Source of the DNA: an uncultured Ignavibacteria bacterium
GTDB taxonomy: Bacteria; Zixibacteria; MSB-5A5; SM1-73
Assembly (NCBI GenBank): GCA_964391755.1
Contig: CAYMNI010000001.1
Coordinates: 1 to 53,930, forward strand
Reading direction: 5' to 3'
DNA length: 53,930 bases
Shown here: positions 7,941 through 17,200 of the stretch, piece after piece
Layout of the letters: each line of letters begins with the position of its first letter
Position numbering within the stretch: position 1 is the stretch's first letter
Position numbers and translations under genes: made by a program
The notes under the pieces: generated by a model
What the model saw: the letters and a program-made list of their open reading frames with translations, nothing else
The model's database searches: none
Told to the model about the DNA's origin: nothing

Positions 7941-9479
7941 CTACTGATCCTCGCTGAGTTTTTGGTCTACCGTTCTGTCGATCTCCTGCGATAGGATCCG
8001 GGCTTCCTCTTTCCAAATATCGGCCCTCTGCCTGGTGGGAATAGCGAACGCATGATCTTCGAGGCCCATTAAGTTGATTCTGACGTTGTAGTAGGCACCG
8101 TCCACGGCGGTTTTGGCGGCGAGTGCCGACACGCCGGCATCCGAGATCATGTTGGGATTCCCCTTTTCCGCCACTATCCGGCTCAATTTAAGCGCCTCAA
8201 CCCCCTGTTCCATCACCTGTAGGGGAACGGCTATGGCGCCCTTGGTGGCCTCTTCGATCTTCTGGTTTCTCCGGGCTTTCTCCTCATCGGTGAATTTGGG
8301 AAGCTTCCGGGCAGCCATAACCAGATCGAAGCTTTCGGCATCCTTTACTATGAATTCCTCCATTCGCTTTCTGATCTCCTCAGCATTCTCCAAGATCCCT
8401 TTCAGCTCTTCGCTGACTTCCAGGTATTTCTTCCGCCCTATGGTCAGACGGCACACCATGGATGATAGAGCGGCAGCCAGCGCACCGCAGGCTGCAGCCA
8501 CGCTTCCCCCTCCAGGGGCGGGAGAAGAAGATGCGACCTGATCTATAAATCCCTCCAATCCCTCCTTCTCTCCTCCGGCGAAGGACATGAGCTTGTTCTC
8601 CAGAACCTGATCTTTTTTGAAATTCTCCAGCCGCAGGTAGTACTCGGCCACCTCCAGGAGGGCGTCCTGGGGGGTAAGGCCGACTATCTCGCTGGAGATT
8701 ACAGGAACTCCGTATCTCTCCGCCTCGGATTTGATCATCTCGAAAACCCTGAAGATGGTGGTCTTCTTGTAGTTGACCAGGTTCATCGATATCTGAGCTT
8801 GATTTCGCTCCTTGATCTCGAATCCCAGAGCCTTGCAGAACCTGAAACCACCGCCAGAGAATCTGATGGACTTGGCGATCCTCTTGGCAATTCCCACATA
8901 AGGAGTTCCCAGGTAAACGTTGAAAGCGATCAGGGGCATGCGGGCGCCGATGGCAACCGCGCCGGCAGTGGGATGCATCCTGGCGGGACCGAAATCCGGC
9001 TTTCTGTCGGGATTTGTCTGGATCTCCGCTTTGATACCCTCGTATTCGCCCCGCCTCACATCAGCCAGGTTCTGTCTCTCCGGCCTGGTGGCAGCCGCCT
9101 CATACAGGTAGACCGGAATCTGCAGCTTCTCCCCTACCTCTTTTCCCAATTGCTCGGCCAATACCACGCAGTCCCGCTGGGTCACTTCGGAAATGGGGAT
9201 AAACGGCACCACGTCGGTCGCTCCCATACGAGGATGCTCGCCCTGATGCTTCTCCATGTCTATCAATTCGGTGGCTTTGGATATGGCTTTGAAAGCAGCT
9301 ACCTTCGCCTCTTCAGGTCCGCCCACGAAGGTGACCACAGCCCGATTGTGATCCGCATCCATCTCCCGATCCAACAGAAGAACGCCGGGAACGGATTTGA
9401 TCTCGGCCAAGATCGCCTCTATTACTTCGGGTCTTCGTCCTTCGCTGAAATTGGGAACGCATTCAACTAACTTTGCCAT
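7941..9479 (-). CDS. ftcD: Bifunctional glutamate formimidoyltransferase / formimidoyltetrahydrofolate cyclodeaminase
   Basis: 512 aa. N-terminal MAKLVECVPNFSEGRRPEVIEAI...DADHNRAVVTFVG (formiminotransferase). C-terminal ~200 aa with SSSPAPGGGSVAAACGALAAALSSMV (cyclodeaminase). Confidence 0.85.
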   Translation of the reverse strand: MAKLVECVPNFSEGRRPEVIEAILAEIKSVPGVLLLDREMDADHNRAVVTFVGGPEEAKVAAFKAISKATELIDMEKHQGEHPRMGATDVVPFIPISEVTQRDCVVLAEQLGKEVGEKLQIPVYLYEAAATRPERQNLADVRRGEYEGIKAEIQTNPDRKPDFGPARMHPTAGAVAIGARMPLIAFNVYLGTPYVGIAKRIAKSIRFSGGGFRFCKALGFEIKERNQAQISMNLVNYKKTTIFRVFEMIKSEAERYGVPVISSEIVGLTPQDALLEVAEYYLRLENFKKDQVLENKLMSFAGGEKEGLEGFIDQVASSSPAPGGGSVAAACGALAAALSSMVCRLTIGRKKYLEVSEELKGILENAEEIRKRMEEFIVKDAESFDLVMAARKLPKFTDEEKARRNQKIEEATKGAIAVPLQVMEQGVEALKLSRIVAEKGNPNMISDAGVSALAAKTAVDGAYYNVRINLMGLEDHAFAIPTRQRADIWKEEARILSQEIDRTVDQKLSEDQ

Positions 9480-9510
9480 TTCTCAACCTTTCTTGAGAAT
9501 CGCGCAGAAT

Positions 9511-10413
9511 TCAAGTCATCAGCTTGACCATTATGCCTTTTTGGGCGTGAAGTCGGTTCTCTGCCTCGTCGAAGACCACCGACTGGGGACCGTCCATCAC
9601 CTCGTCGGTGATCTCCTCTCCCCTGTTTGCCGGTAGGCAGTGCAAAACGATGCAGTCGCTTTTTGCGTGCTTCAACAGATCGCTGTTTATCTGGAAACTC
9701 CTCAGCAGTTTCTTCCTTTCATCGGAGAGATGCTTCTGTCCCATGCTGGCCCAAACGTCGGTGTAAACCACGTCGGCATCCTTTACAGCCTCTTTCGGAT
9801 CGGAGGTGACCTTTATCTGACTCAACCCGCTCTGTCGAGCCTTCTTAAGGATTTCCGCGTTGGGCTCGGTCTCCGGAGAGGTTCCGATTCTCAGGTCGAA
9901 GGCGAACCTGGTCGAGGCGCTCAGCCACGAGTTGGCGACATTGTTTCCATCGCCCAAGTAGGCGATGGTCAAACCCTCCAGCTTCCCTTTGTGTTCTAGA
10001 ATGGTGAGCATGTCTCCCATGATCTGGCAGGGATGCAAAAGATCCGTGAGACCATTGATCACCGGAATCTCGGCATGCCGGGCCAGATCCTCCACTTCTT
10101 TATGGTCGAATGCTCTTATCATTATCATGTTGACGAATCTGGACAGGACCCTGGCAGCGTCGTAAATGGACTCGCGTTGGCCCAGTCCTATTTCATCTTT
10201 CGTTATGTATAGCGATTTGCCTCCCAATTGCCCTATGCCCACCTCGAAGCTGACCCTGGTTCGAAGCGACGGTTTGAGGAATATGCAGGCTACTGCTTTG
10301 TCCTTCAACGGCAGTGGTGCGATCTTTTTGGACTTCATGTCCAGAGCCAGCTGCAAGGTCTCTTCGATCTCCTCCCTGGTGAAATCCGTGACTGCTAAGA
10401 AATCCTTTTTCAT
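9511..10413 (-). CDS. argF: Ornithine carbamoyltransferase
   Basis: 300 aa. SLRTRVSFE carbamoyl-phosphate motif, HPCQ, DVWASMG and HCLPANRGEE ornithine-binding motifs. Confidence 0.9.
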   Translation of the reverse strand: MKKDFLAVTDFTREEIEETLQLALDMKSKKIAPLPLKDKAVACIFLKPSLRTRVSFEVGIGQLGGKSLYITKDEIGLGQRESIYDAARVLSRFVNMIMIRAFDHKEVEDLARHAEIPVINGLTDLLHPCQIMGDMLTILEHKGKLEGLTIAYLGDGNNVANSWLSASTRFAFDLRIGTSPETEPNAEILKKARQSGLSQIKVTSDPKEAVKDADVVYTDVWASMGQKHLSDERKKLLRSFQINSDLLKHAKSDCIVLHCLPANRGEEITDEVMDGPQSVVFDEAENRLHAQKGIMVKLMT

Positions 10414-10563
10414 GGCAACTCCATCTCCCTTAGGGATTTTCTGAGCAATTTAATTGGATTTGCCTATAAGTCAAGTGAAACTTGGACTTTCGGGAGCGTG
10501 CTTCAGCGCTCCGTATGGCCGTTTCTGCGGTGATTTCGGGAGGTACTAAAAAAGATGGAGGTC

Positions 10564-10587
10564 CTCCTCTCCCTCTTGGGAGAGGAG
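10564..10587 (-). terminator. GC-rich hairpin (10-bp stem CTCCTCTCCC / GGGAGAGGAG, 4-nt loop), possible terminator downstream of hisS
   Basis: Read from the sequence. On the minus strand a T6 run follows, but only ~11 nt after the stem, so this is a weak intrinsic-terminator candidate. Confidence 0.3.
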
Positions 10588-10758
10588 CCAGAGGAGAGGG
10601 TTATCAGGAGCCACCAGATAGGCTGATTCTGGTCTTGATGAACTGTTCTAATTTCTCCGGCTCCGGCGTGGCGATACGATACATCCTGCCATTTTTCATA
10701 TCCAGTTGAACAGACCAAGGGCCGGTAACGTTGTACAACCAACCGCCGGGTATAGGCC

Positions 10759-12009
10759 TTACGGCCATATCCGGCTTACGTCATCCAATACTATCTCTTC
10801 TTGTTCGCCGCTCTGCATATGCTTGAGAACAGCCTTGCCTTTTTTCATCTCCTCTTCACCGATGATCAAGACCTTTTCTGCTTTCTGCCGGTTGGCTTCT
10901 CTCATCTGAGCCTTAAGGCTTCTCCCCAGGTAATCTGTATCGCAAGCGACTCCCTTCTCTCTTAAATCCCGTATCAATTTAGCAGCGAAGCCTTTAGCTT
11001 CATCTCCCAAGGCGGCGACGAATAGATTTAGATTTTTCTCTTTGATGTCCAGATTCTTCTGCTTAGTCATCATTAGGATGAATCTCTCAATCCCTGCGGC
11101 GAAGCCGATGGCCGGAGTGGCCTTACCGCCCAACTCCTCCACTAAAAGATCGTAGCGCCCACCGCCCAGCAGGGTATCCTGACTTCCCAAACCGGCTGCT
11201 TTTATCTCAAAGGCCGTCTTGGTATAGTAATCCAGGCCACGTACCAATCGTTTGTCCTCGAAGTAATCCACGCCCAACTCTTGAAGATACTTCTTCACTC
11301 GATCATAGTGCGTGCTGCATTCTTCGCAGAGAAAGTCAATCATAACCGGTGCATCTTTGAGTTGCTCAATGCACTGCTCGTTCTTACAATCGAACATCCT
11401 CAGGGGATTGCGTAAGTATCTCGTCTTACAGTCGTCACACAGCTCGCCGACTCTGTCCTTCATGTACTCCAACAGCTTCTCCCTGTGAACCGGTTTACAC
11501 ACCGGACAGCCGATGCTGTTTAGGTGCAGCTTAAAGCCGGTGATTTTCAGCTCCCGACAGATCCGGACTCCCATCTCGATCTGTTCGGCATCCAGCGAAG
11601 GATCAGATGAACCTATGGCTTCGATGCCGAACTGATGAAATTGCCTTAAGCGTCCTTTTTGCGGCCTCTCCTGCCGGAACATGCTGCCCAGATAGTATAA
11701 TTTGACCAACGGCGATTTCTCTCCCAGGCCATGTTCCAGGTAAGCCCGCACTACTCCGGCGGTTCCTTCCGGCCTCAAGGTAAGGCTTCTCTTCCCCTGA
11801 TCCAAGAAGGTATACATCTCCTTCCGGACGATGTCGGTATCCTGCCCTATGCTCCTGGCAAAAAGATCCGTCTCCTCGAATACCGGGACGCGTATCTCCT
11901 GATAGCTGTAAAGGTCAAACATCTTCCTTGCCGTCTCCTCCAGGTACTGCCACCTGGAGGATTCATCGGGAAGTATGTCGTGTGTTCCATATATCGCCTT
12001 GTATTTCAT
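10759..12009 (-). CDS. hisS: Histidine--tRNA ligase
   Basis: 416 aa. GTHDILPDES, class II motifs (LRPEGTAGVVRAY, FRQERPQKGRLRQFHQFG, GGGRYD) and a C-terminal anticodon-binding domain. Confidence 0.95.
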   Translation of the reverse strand: MKYKAIYGTHDILPDESSRWQYLEETARKMFDLYSYQEIRVPVFEETDLFARSIGQDTDIVRKEMYTFLDQGKRSLTLRPEGTAGVVRAYLEHGLGEKSPLVKLYYLGSMFRQERPQKGRLRQFHQFGIEAIGSSDPSLDAEQIEMGVRICRELKITGFKLHLNSIGCPVCKPVHREKLLEYMKDRVGELCDDCKTRYLRNPLRMFDCKNEQCIEQLKDAPVMIDFLCEECSTHYDRVKKYLQELGVDYFEDKRLVRGLDYYTKTAFEIKAAGLGSQDTLLGGGRYDLLVEELGGKATPAIGFAAGIERFILMMTKQKNLDIKEKNLNLFVAALGDEAKGFAAKLIRDLREKGVACDTDYLGRSLKAQMREANRQKAEKVLIIGEEEMKKGKAVLKHMQSGEQEEIVLDDVSRIWP

Positions 12010-12363
12010 AATCGTACTCTTCTTCCTCTGTTCCGGTTTTGGTGGTTGCTCGTTTTGTCGAACTATCTTGTGTCGATAGGCTTACCAATGAGACAGGGCT
12101 CCTCCAACCACGGTTGAACCTAATGAAATACAAAAATAACACCTTGCACCAGCGATGTCAATCTATTGTAAGAACTTTCTTCGAACTTGCAGCCGTCTCC
12201 GCAATCCGGAATGCGGAGCCTGTTCAAGCTGCTTCGCCAAGAATTCCTTTGACTTTCGAGACGGTAGGTTGTAGATTTGATTCGACCTGAGGATCGGCTC
12301 ATCAGGCAGCTCAAGGTGGCCGTTTTGGAGAAACCTGTTTATCAAGAACTTGGAGGCTAACTT

Positions 12364-12825
12364 ATGACAGACGTCCATATCGCGAGCAATACCAACGTGG
12401 CCAAAGTTACGCTGCACTCCGTCCCGGATAAACCCGGCATAGCCGCAGATATTTTTGGAAAGCTGGGAAACGAGGGCTTCAACGTCGAGTTGGTGGTCTC
12501 GGGGATCAGCTATAAAGGCAAAGTAGATCTGTCCTTTGCCGTGGCGGAAAACGAACTGGATGCCATCCAGACGCTTCTGCAGAAGGTCATGCAGGAGCTG
12601 GGGGGAGAAAGGATTTCTCATACCACCAGCGTAGCCTTGGTATCCATCGCCGGACATCAGCTGGTGCAAACTCCGGGAATCGCGGGGAAGATGTTTAATG
12701 CTCTTTCCAAGGGGGGAATCAACATCGACACCATCTCCACCTCCATGTCCTCGGTCACTTGCATGATCCCCGTGGACAAGGCCAAAGCTGCGGTGGAGGC
12801 CCTGCGTAAGGAGTTTCAGGTTTAG
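12364..12825 (+). CDS. Stand-alone tandem ACT-domain protein (aspartokinase regulatory/beta-subunit-like)
   Basis: 153 aa. Two ACT repeats, VAKVTLHSVPDKPGIAADIFGKLGNEGFNVELV and VALVSIAGHQLVQTPGIAGKMFNALSKGGINIDTIS, matching the C-terminal regulatory half of aspartate kinases. No kinase domain is present. Confidence 0.8.
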   Translation: MTDVHIASNTNVAKVTLHSVPDKPGIAADIFGKLGNEGFNVELVVSGISYKGKVDLSFAVAENELDAIQTLLQKVMQELGGERISHTTSVALVSIAGHQLVQTPGIAGKMFNALSKGGINIDTISTSMSSVTCMIPVDKAKAAVEALRKEFQV

Positions 12826-13196
12826 CAGACCCTTCAGCGGACATCGTCTTGCGTCAGGTCTCGTTCAGGCCGAATCCTGTTCCGCTCAACTGCCATTCCG
12901 ACGCCGAATGCCGGGCCGCTGGTTAGGGAATGATCATATCCTATCCAGCGCACATTTCAAACCCCGGTTGTTCAACGCCGGCGCAGGACCAAAGACAGAT
13001 GTATCATGCCCTCCTTGAAGTTCCAATGTAACGGTTGATTAGAACACGGGGCTGTGACTTCAACCTTACCTGATGGCGAATATAGAAAAGTACGAGTGCC
13101 GATGTCGAATTTGATAGAAACGGCTACAGGAGGAATCACACGTTAGAATGCGGACGGCGGCACTTGGCCCCGACTGCGGCCGGGCCATGAATTTGC

Positions 13197-13224
13197 TTGC
13201 TTTTCGGGGCTTATGGCGTATAAT
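13197..13224 (+). promoter_or_regulatory. Candidate sigma70-type promoter for murB (TTGCTT - 16 nt - TATAAT)
   Basis: A perfect TATAAT at ~13219-13224 with TTGCTT 16 nt upstream, about 27 nt ahead of the ATG at 13251. FCB-group promoters can differ from this consensus, so this is speculative. Confidence 0.3.
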
Positions 13225-13250
13225 ATGTGGAAAGCAAAGGGCGGACGATA

Positions 13251-14195
13251 ATGTCGAAATCACCCACATCTCCGGAAACCTCTCAGCATAGGAGGGAAAC
13301 CTATAGCAGACTGTCTGAGGCGCTCGGAGAAGGCTTAAGGCAAGACTTAATTCTCGCCCCTTTCACCACCTTTGGCATCGGCGGGAAGGCCGATTTTTTC
13401 TACCCGGCCGAAAGCCCGGAGAAGCTGGTTCGAACGATCAGGAGCGCTGAGGAGTTAAGACTGCCGTTTTTTGTGCTGGGTGGTGGGAGTAACGTTTTGG
13501 TCAGCGATTCCGGATTCCGGGGTCTGGTGATAAAAAACCAGTGCACGGAGATACTGACTAACGGAGAAACCATAACCTGCCAATCCGGTGCGACCTTGCA
13601 GGATGTGGTGAATGCAGCTACCGAGAGTTCCCTTTCCGGGCTGGAATTCGCTGCGGGAATCCCCGGAACGCTGGGTGGAGCCATCAGAGGAAACGCCGGC
13701 GCGTTCGGCAAAGGGATCGGTGATACCTTGATCACGGCGGTGATCCTCACGAAGCAGGGCGACATTCGCCAGGTAAACAAGGATTATTTCGAATTCGGAT
13801 ACAGGGAAAGCAGACTGAAGCGTACCGGCGGCATGGTGCTCTCCGCCACCGTCCGGTTGAGTAAGCATCACCGGCAGGAGATCAAACAAAAGTTGGAGGC
13901 CAATCTCAGGAGACGGAATGAGCGCATTCCCTGGCAGAGCAAATCGGCGGGCTGCTTCTTCAAGAACGTGGACGGCTCGCAAGGAAGAGTGCCGGCGGGA
14001 CTTCTCTTAGAACAGGTTGGTGCCAAAGGCATGCGCCAGGGCGATGCCCGGGTCTCGGAGCAACATGCCAACATTCTGATAAATGGCGGCAAGGCAAAGG
14101 CCTCGGACGTTTGGAAATTGGCCCAGAGGTTGAAGGAAAAGGTGAAGCAGAAATTTGATACAGAGTTGCAGGAGGAAGTCGTATATATAAATTGA
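13251..14195 (+). CDS. murB: UDP-N-acetylenolpyruvoylglucosamine reductase
   Basis: The track ORF starts at a GTG at 13227. I prefer the ATG at 13251 because the putative -10 box overlaps the GTG. Motifs: LAPFTTFGIGGKADFF, FVLGGGSNVLVSD, AGIPGTLGGAIRGNAGAFG, SAGCFFKN. Confidence 0.9.
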   Translation: MSKSPTSPETSQHRRETYSRLSEALGEGLRQDLILAPFTTFGIGGKADFFYPAESPEKLVRTIRSAEELRLPFFVLGGGSNVLVSDSGFRGLVIKNQCTEILTNGETITCQSGATLQDVVNAATESSLSGLEFAAGIPGTLGGAIRGNAGAFGKGIGDTLITAVILTKQGDIRQVNKDYFEFGYRESRLKRTGGMVLSATVRLSKHHRQEIKQKLEANLRRRNERIPWQSKSAGCFFKNVDGSQGRVPAGLLLEQVGAKGMRQGDARVSEQHANILINGGKAKASDVWKLAQRLKEKVKQKFDTELQEEVVYIN

Positions 14196-14283
14196 GGTTC
14201 CGGCCGAATATAAGGAAAGGAGGACCTATCGAGGAATAGCTAAAGATTGATAGAGACAGGGTGCAAAAGGAGCTTAATTCCTG

Positions 14284-17200
14284 ATGCATTGTCCATGGGC
14301 ACGATACCATAGAACCGTCAAGGGCGCATTACGTTCGTTTGGTTTGGCGGTTTTGTTGTTGCTGGGCCCGGCCTCGGTCCAACTGTTGACGTGCGCTTCG
14401 GCTCAGGCCTTAGGGCTCAATATTCGTCTGGACGAGAAGAATCGAAGTCTGGTCCGCTACGGCTATCCTTCGCAAAGTGTGGGGCTTTCAATATCTTCAG
14501 ACTCCATACCTCTGCTTGAAATCAACCTCAGATATGCTCAGTCCGTGTTGGTGGACTATGAGGACGGCTTCGTAGCCATAAGCGAGAAGCAGGGATACTA
14601 CGAGCTGTACAAACCCATCTTCCTGACCATTCCCACGTATACCACCGCCTCCAATCAACTCCAGTTTCGACACGACTGGCGAACCAACTTAAACAGACAC
14701 TTCCTGGGCACCAGCGCCGGATCCAAGGCCCTGTTCGAATGGGAGATTCCGGTCAAGTTCCCCAAGGTGGTATCCGCAATCATCGGTGAGGGAGGGCCGG
14801 GGCTCAAGGTGACCGGCTATAGAAGGATCAGCTTCTCCGGAAGAAGCTCGTGGGAGGAGGGTCTGAAGAACACGGCCACCTCGCGACAGTCGAAGTTTCC
14901 CTCACTGCATATGGAGCAGCAATCCACTTTCCAGATAGCCGGAACTATCGGCAGCAAGATATCCGTTCGGGTGGACCAGGACAGCAGAAGACAAACGGAC
15001 CTGCAGAATACGCTTCAGTTGAGGTACAAAGGGGAGGAGGATGAAATCATCCAGACCATCGAGGCGGGCAATACCAATCTCAACGTGTCAAGCGGACTGG
15101 TGGGATATGGAGAGACGAAACAGGGGCTTTTCGGAATAAAGGCCACGGCCAAAATAGGAGGTTGGGGTCTGACCATGATCACCAGCCAGGACAAGGGCTC
15201 CACCGAGAGTGCGGATTTCAGGGCCGGCGCCGAGACTTCGGCCAAGCCCATCCGCGATTACGACTACCTGAAGCGCACGTTCTATGATCTGGGTGACGGC
15301 AGTGAATTCGTGGAGGGAGACTCCATCGTCGATATCAAGTTTTTCAAAAGCAATACCCCGATAAGCACCAACTCGGCCCATCCCTTCGGCGTCGCCTACA
15401 TCGATCCCAACGATACCTCTAAGTCGGGATACGAGGGGCCTTACTACAGAAGGTTCGACGAGATAGACCCCGACGAATACTTCACGCACAGTAGCCTTCA
15501 TTATGTCCAGTTCTTCAGCGCCCTGGGAGAAACCGACATTCTGGCAGCCTGGTATGTGGTATGGAGAAGCGCTGAGCAGAGCTTCGACACCACTGGTCTT
15601 CTGAAGGACTCCTGCACCAGTGCAGAACAGGAGACTTGCATGGTACTCAAACTGCTCAAGTCGGACGATCCCAAGCCCGCGGACTACACCTGGGAATACG
15701 AATGGAAGAACATCTACTATCTGGGCTCCCGAAACATCCAGCGTGATGGCTTCAGTTTGGACATCTACAAAGGCCTCCCAAATGCAGAGACGATCGACGA
15801 GGATCCCAACTACCAGGACAGCACGTCCTATCTGCGATTGTTCGGTCTGGATGACTTAGACTTAGATGCCGAGTCCAATCCGGACGGGATCGTGGACTAC
15901 AGGCAGATAGATTTCGGGCTGGGATATCTGGTCTTTCCCCGCCGACATCCTTTCGCTCCCGATCCCAACGTCTCTTTGACCGATAATCCGGGTGATACCC
16001 TCAAGGAGCCGGTGAAGGAGATCTACGATTGGAGCAGCAAAAGCGAGCCTCGTGATAACAGCAAATATTACATCTGGGTGGAATCCGCCTCCCGCCAATC
16101 GGAGTATTCCCTGGGACGTGCTCCCATTATCGAGGGCTCCGACGTGGTAACCCTTAATGGGACACGTCTCACCAGAGGAGAGGATTACACCATCCAGTAC
16201 GAGATCGGGGAGATCGCCTTCATCAATCCCGATGCTTTAAGTCCCAACGCCGATCTCTCCGTCAGTTATGAATATGCCCCGCTTCTCATGCCCGAGAAGA
16301 AGAGCATGTTCGGGGGGATGGCAGAGTACAACCTGGGAAACAACCTCAAGTTCGGGGCGGTAGGAATATACAAAAGCGAGAAGACATCGGACGAGAGACC
16401 CAGGGTGGGACAGGAGCCTTCACGGAACTTCATCTGGGGAAGCAACTTGAGCTTTAACTCAAGTCCCCAGTTCCTCACTAATATGCTCAACGCCATCCCC
16501 TGGGTGCGTACCGACGCAGCATCCAGTTTTACCTTCCGGGGCGAACTGGCGCAGAGCGTCCCCAACCCCAACACCGAGGACCGGGCATTTATAGATGATT
16601 TCGAAGGCTCCCTTCAGTACACCGATCTCAGCATTCGCCGAGGCATATGGACCCTATCCGGTGCTCCGCAGGATAGAGAGCTTTCGGACAGAAGTAAGTT
16701 GTGGTGGTATAACCCTTACGATCAAGAGTTGATATCTGAAATCTGGCCCGACAAGGAGACTGAGAGAAACGAGGAGAGGACCAACATCTTAGAGCTGCAG
16801 TTTTTTCCCTCAACTCCTCATCGGCCTTCCGATAAGGAATTCGACTCCTCCTCGGTGGAGAATCATTGGAACGGCATCCAAAGGTCGCTCTATGCCGGAG
16901 CGTACGACCAAACCAAAACCAAGTTCCTCGAACTGTGGTTGCACGGGAACCAGGGAGTACTTCACGTGGACTTAGGAGAGATCTCCGAGGATCTCAACGG
17001 TGACCGCCTTTTGAATACGGAGGACAAACCGCGGAACGGACAGAGAGACGGGATATTGGATGACGACGAGGACCTGGGGCTGGATACCCTGGGCAACGAT
17101 CAGGAAAGGGAGTTCTGGGACTGCCAGGAATGTGAGGATGCCTCTGGTGACGATTGGAACTACGACAACCGGTATGACTACTCCCGCATCAACGGCACCC

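Noticed and set aside
12163-12669. 168-aa minus-strand ORF
   Set aside because: It is antisense to the first ACT-pair gene and its 5' region. The plus-strand ACT repeats are unambiguous.
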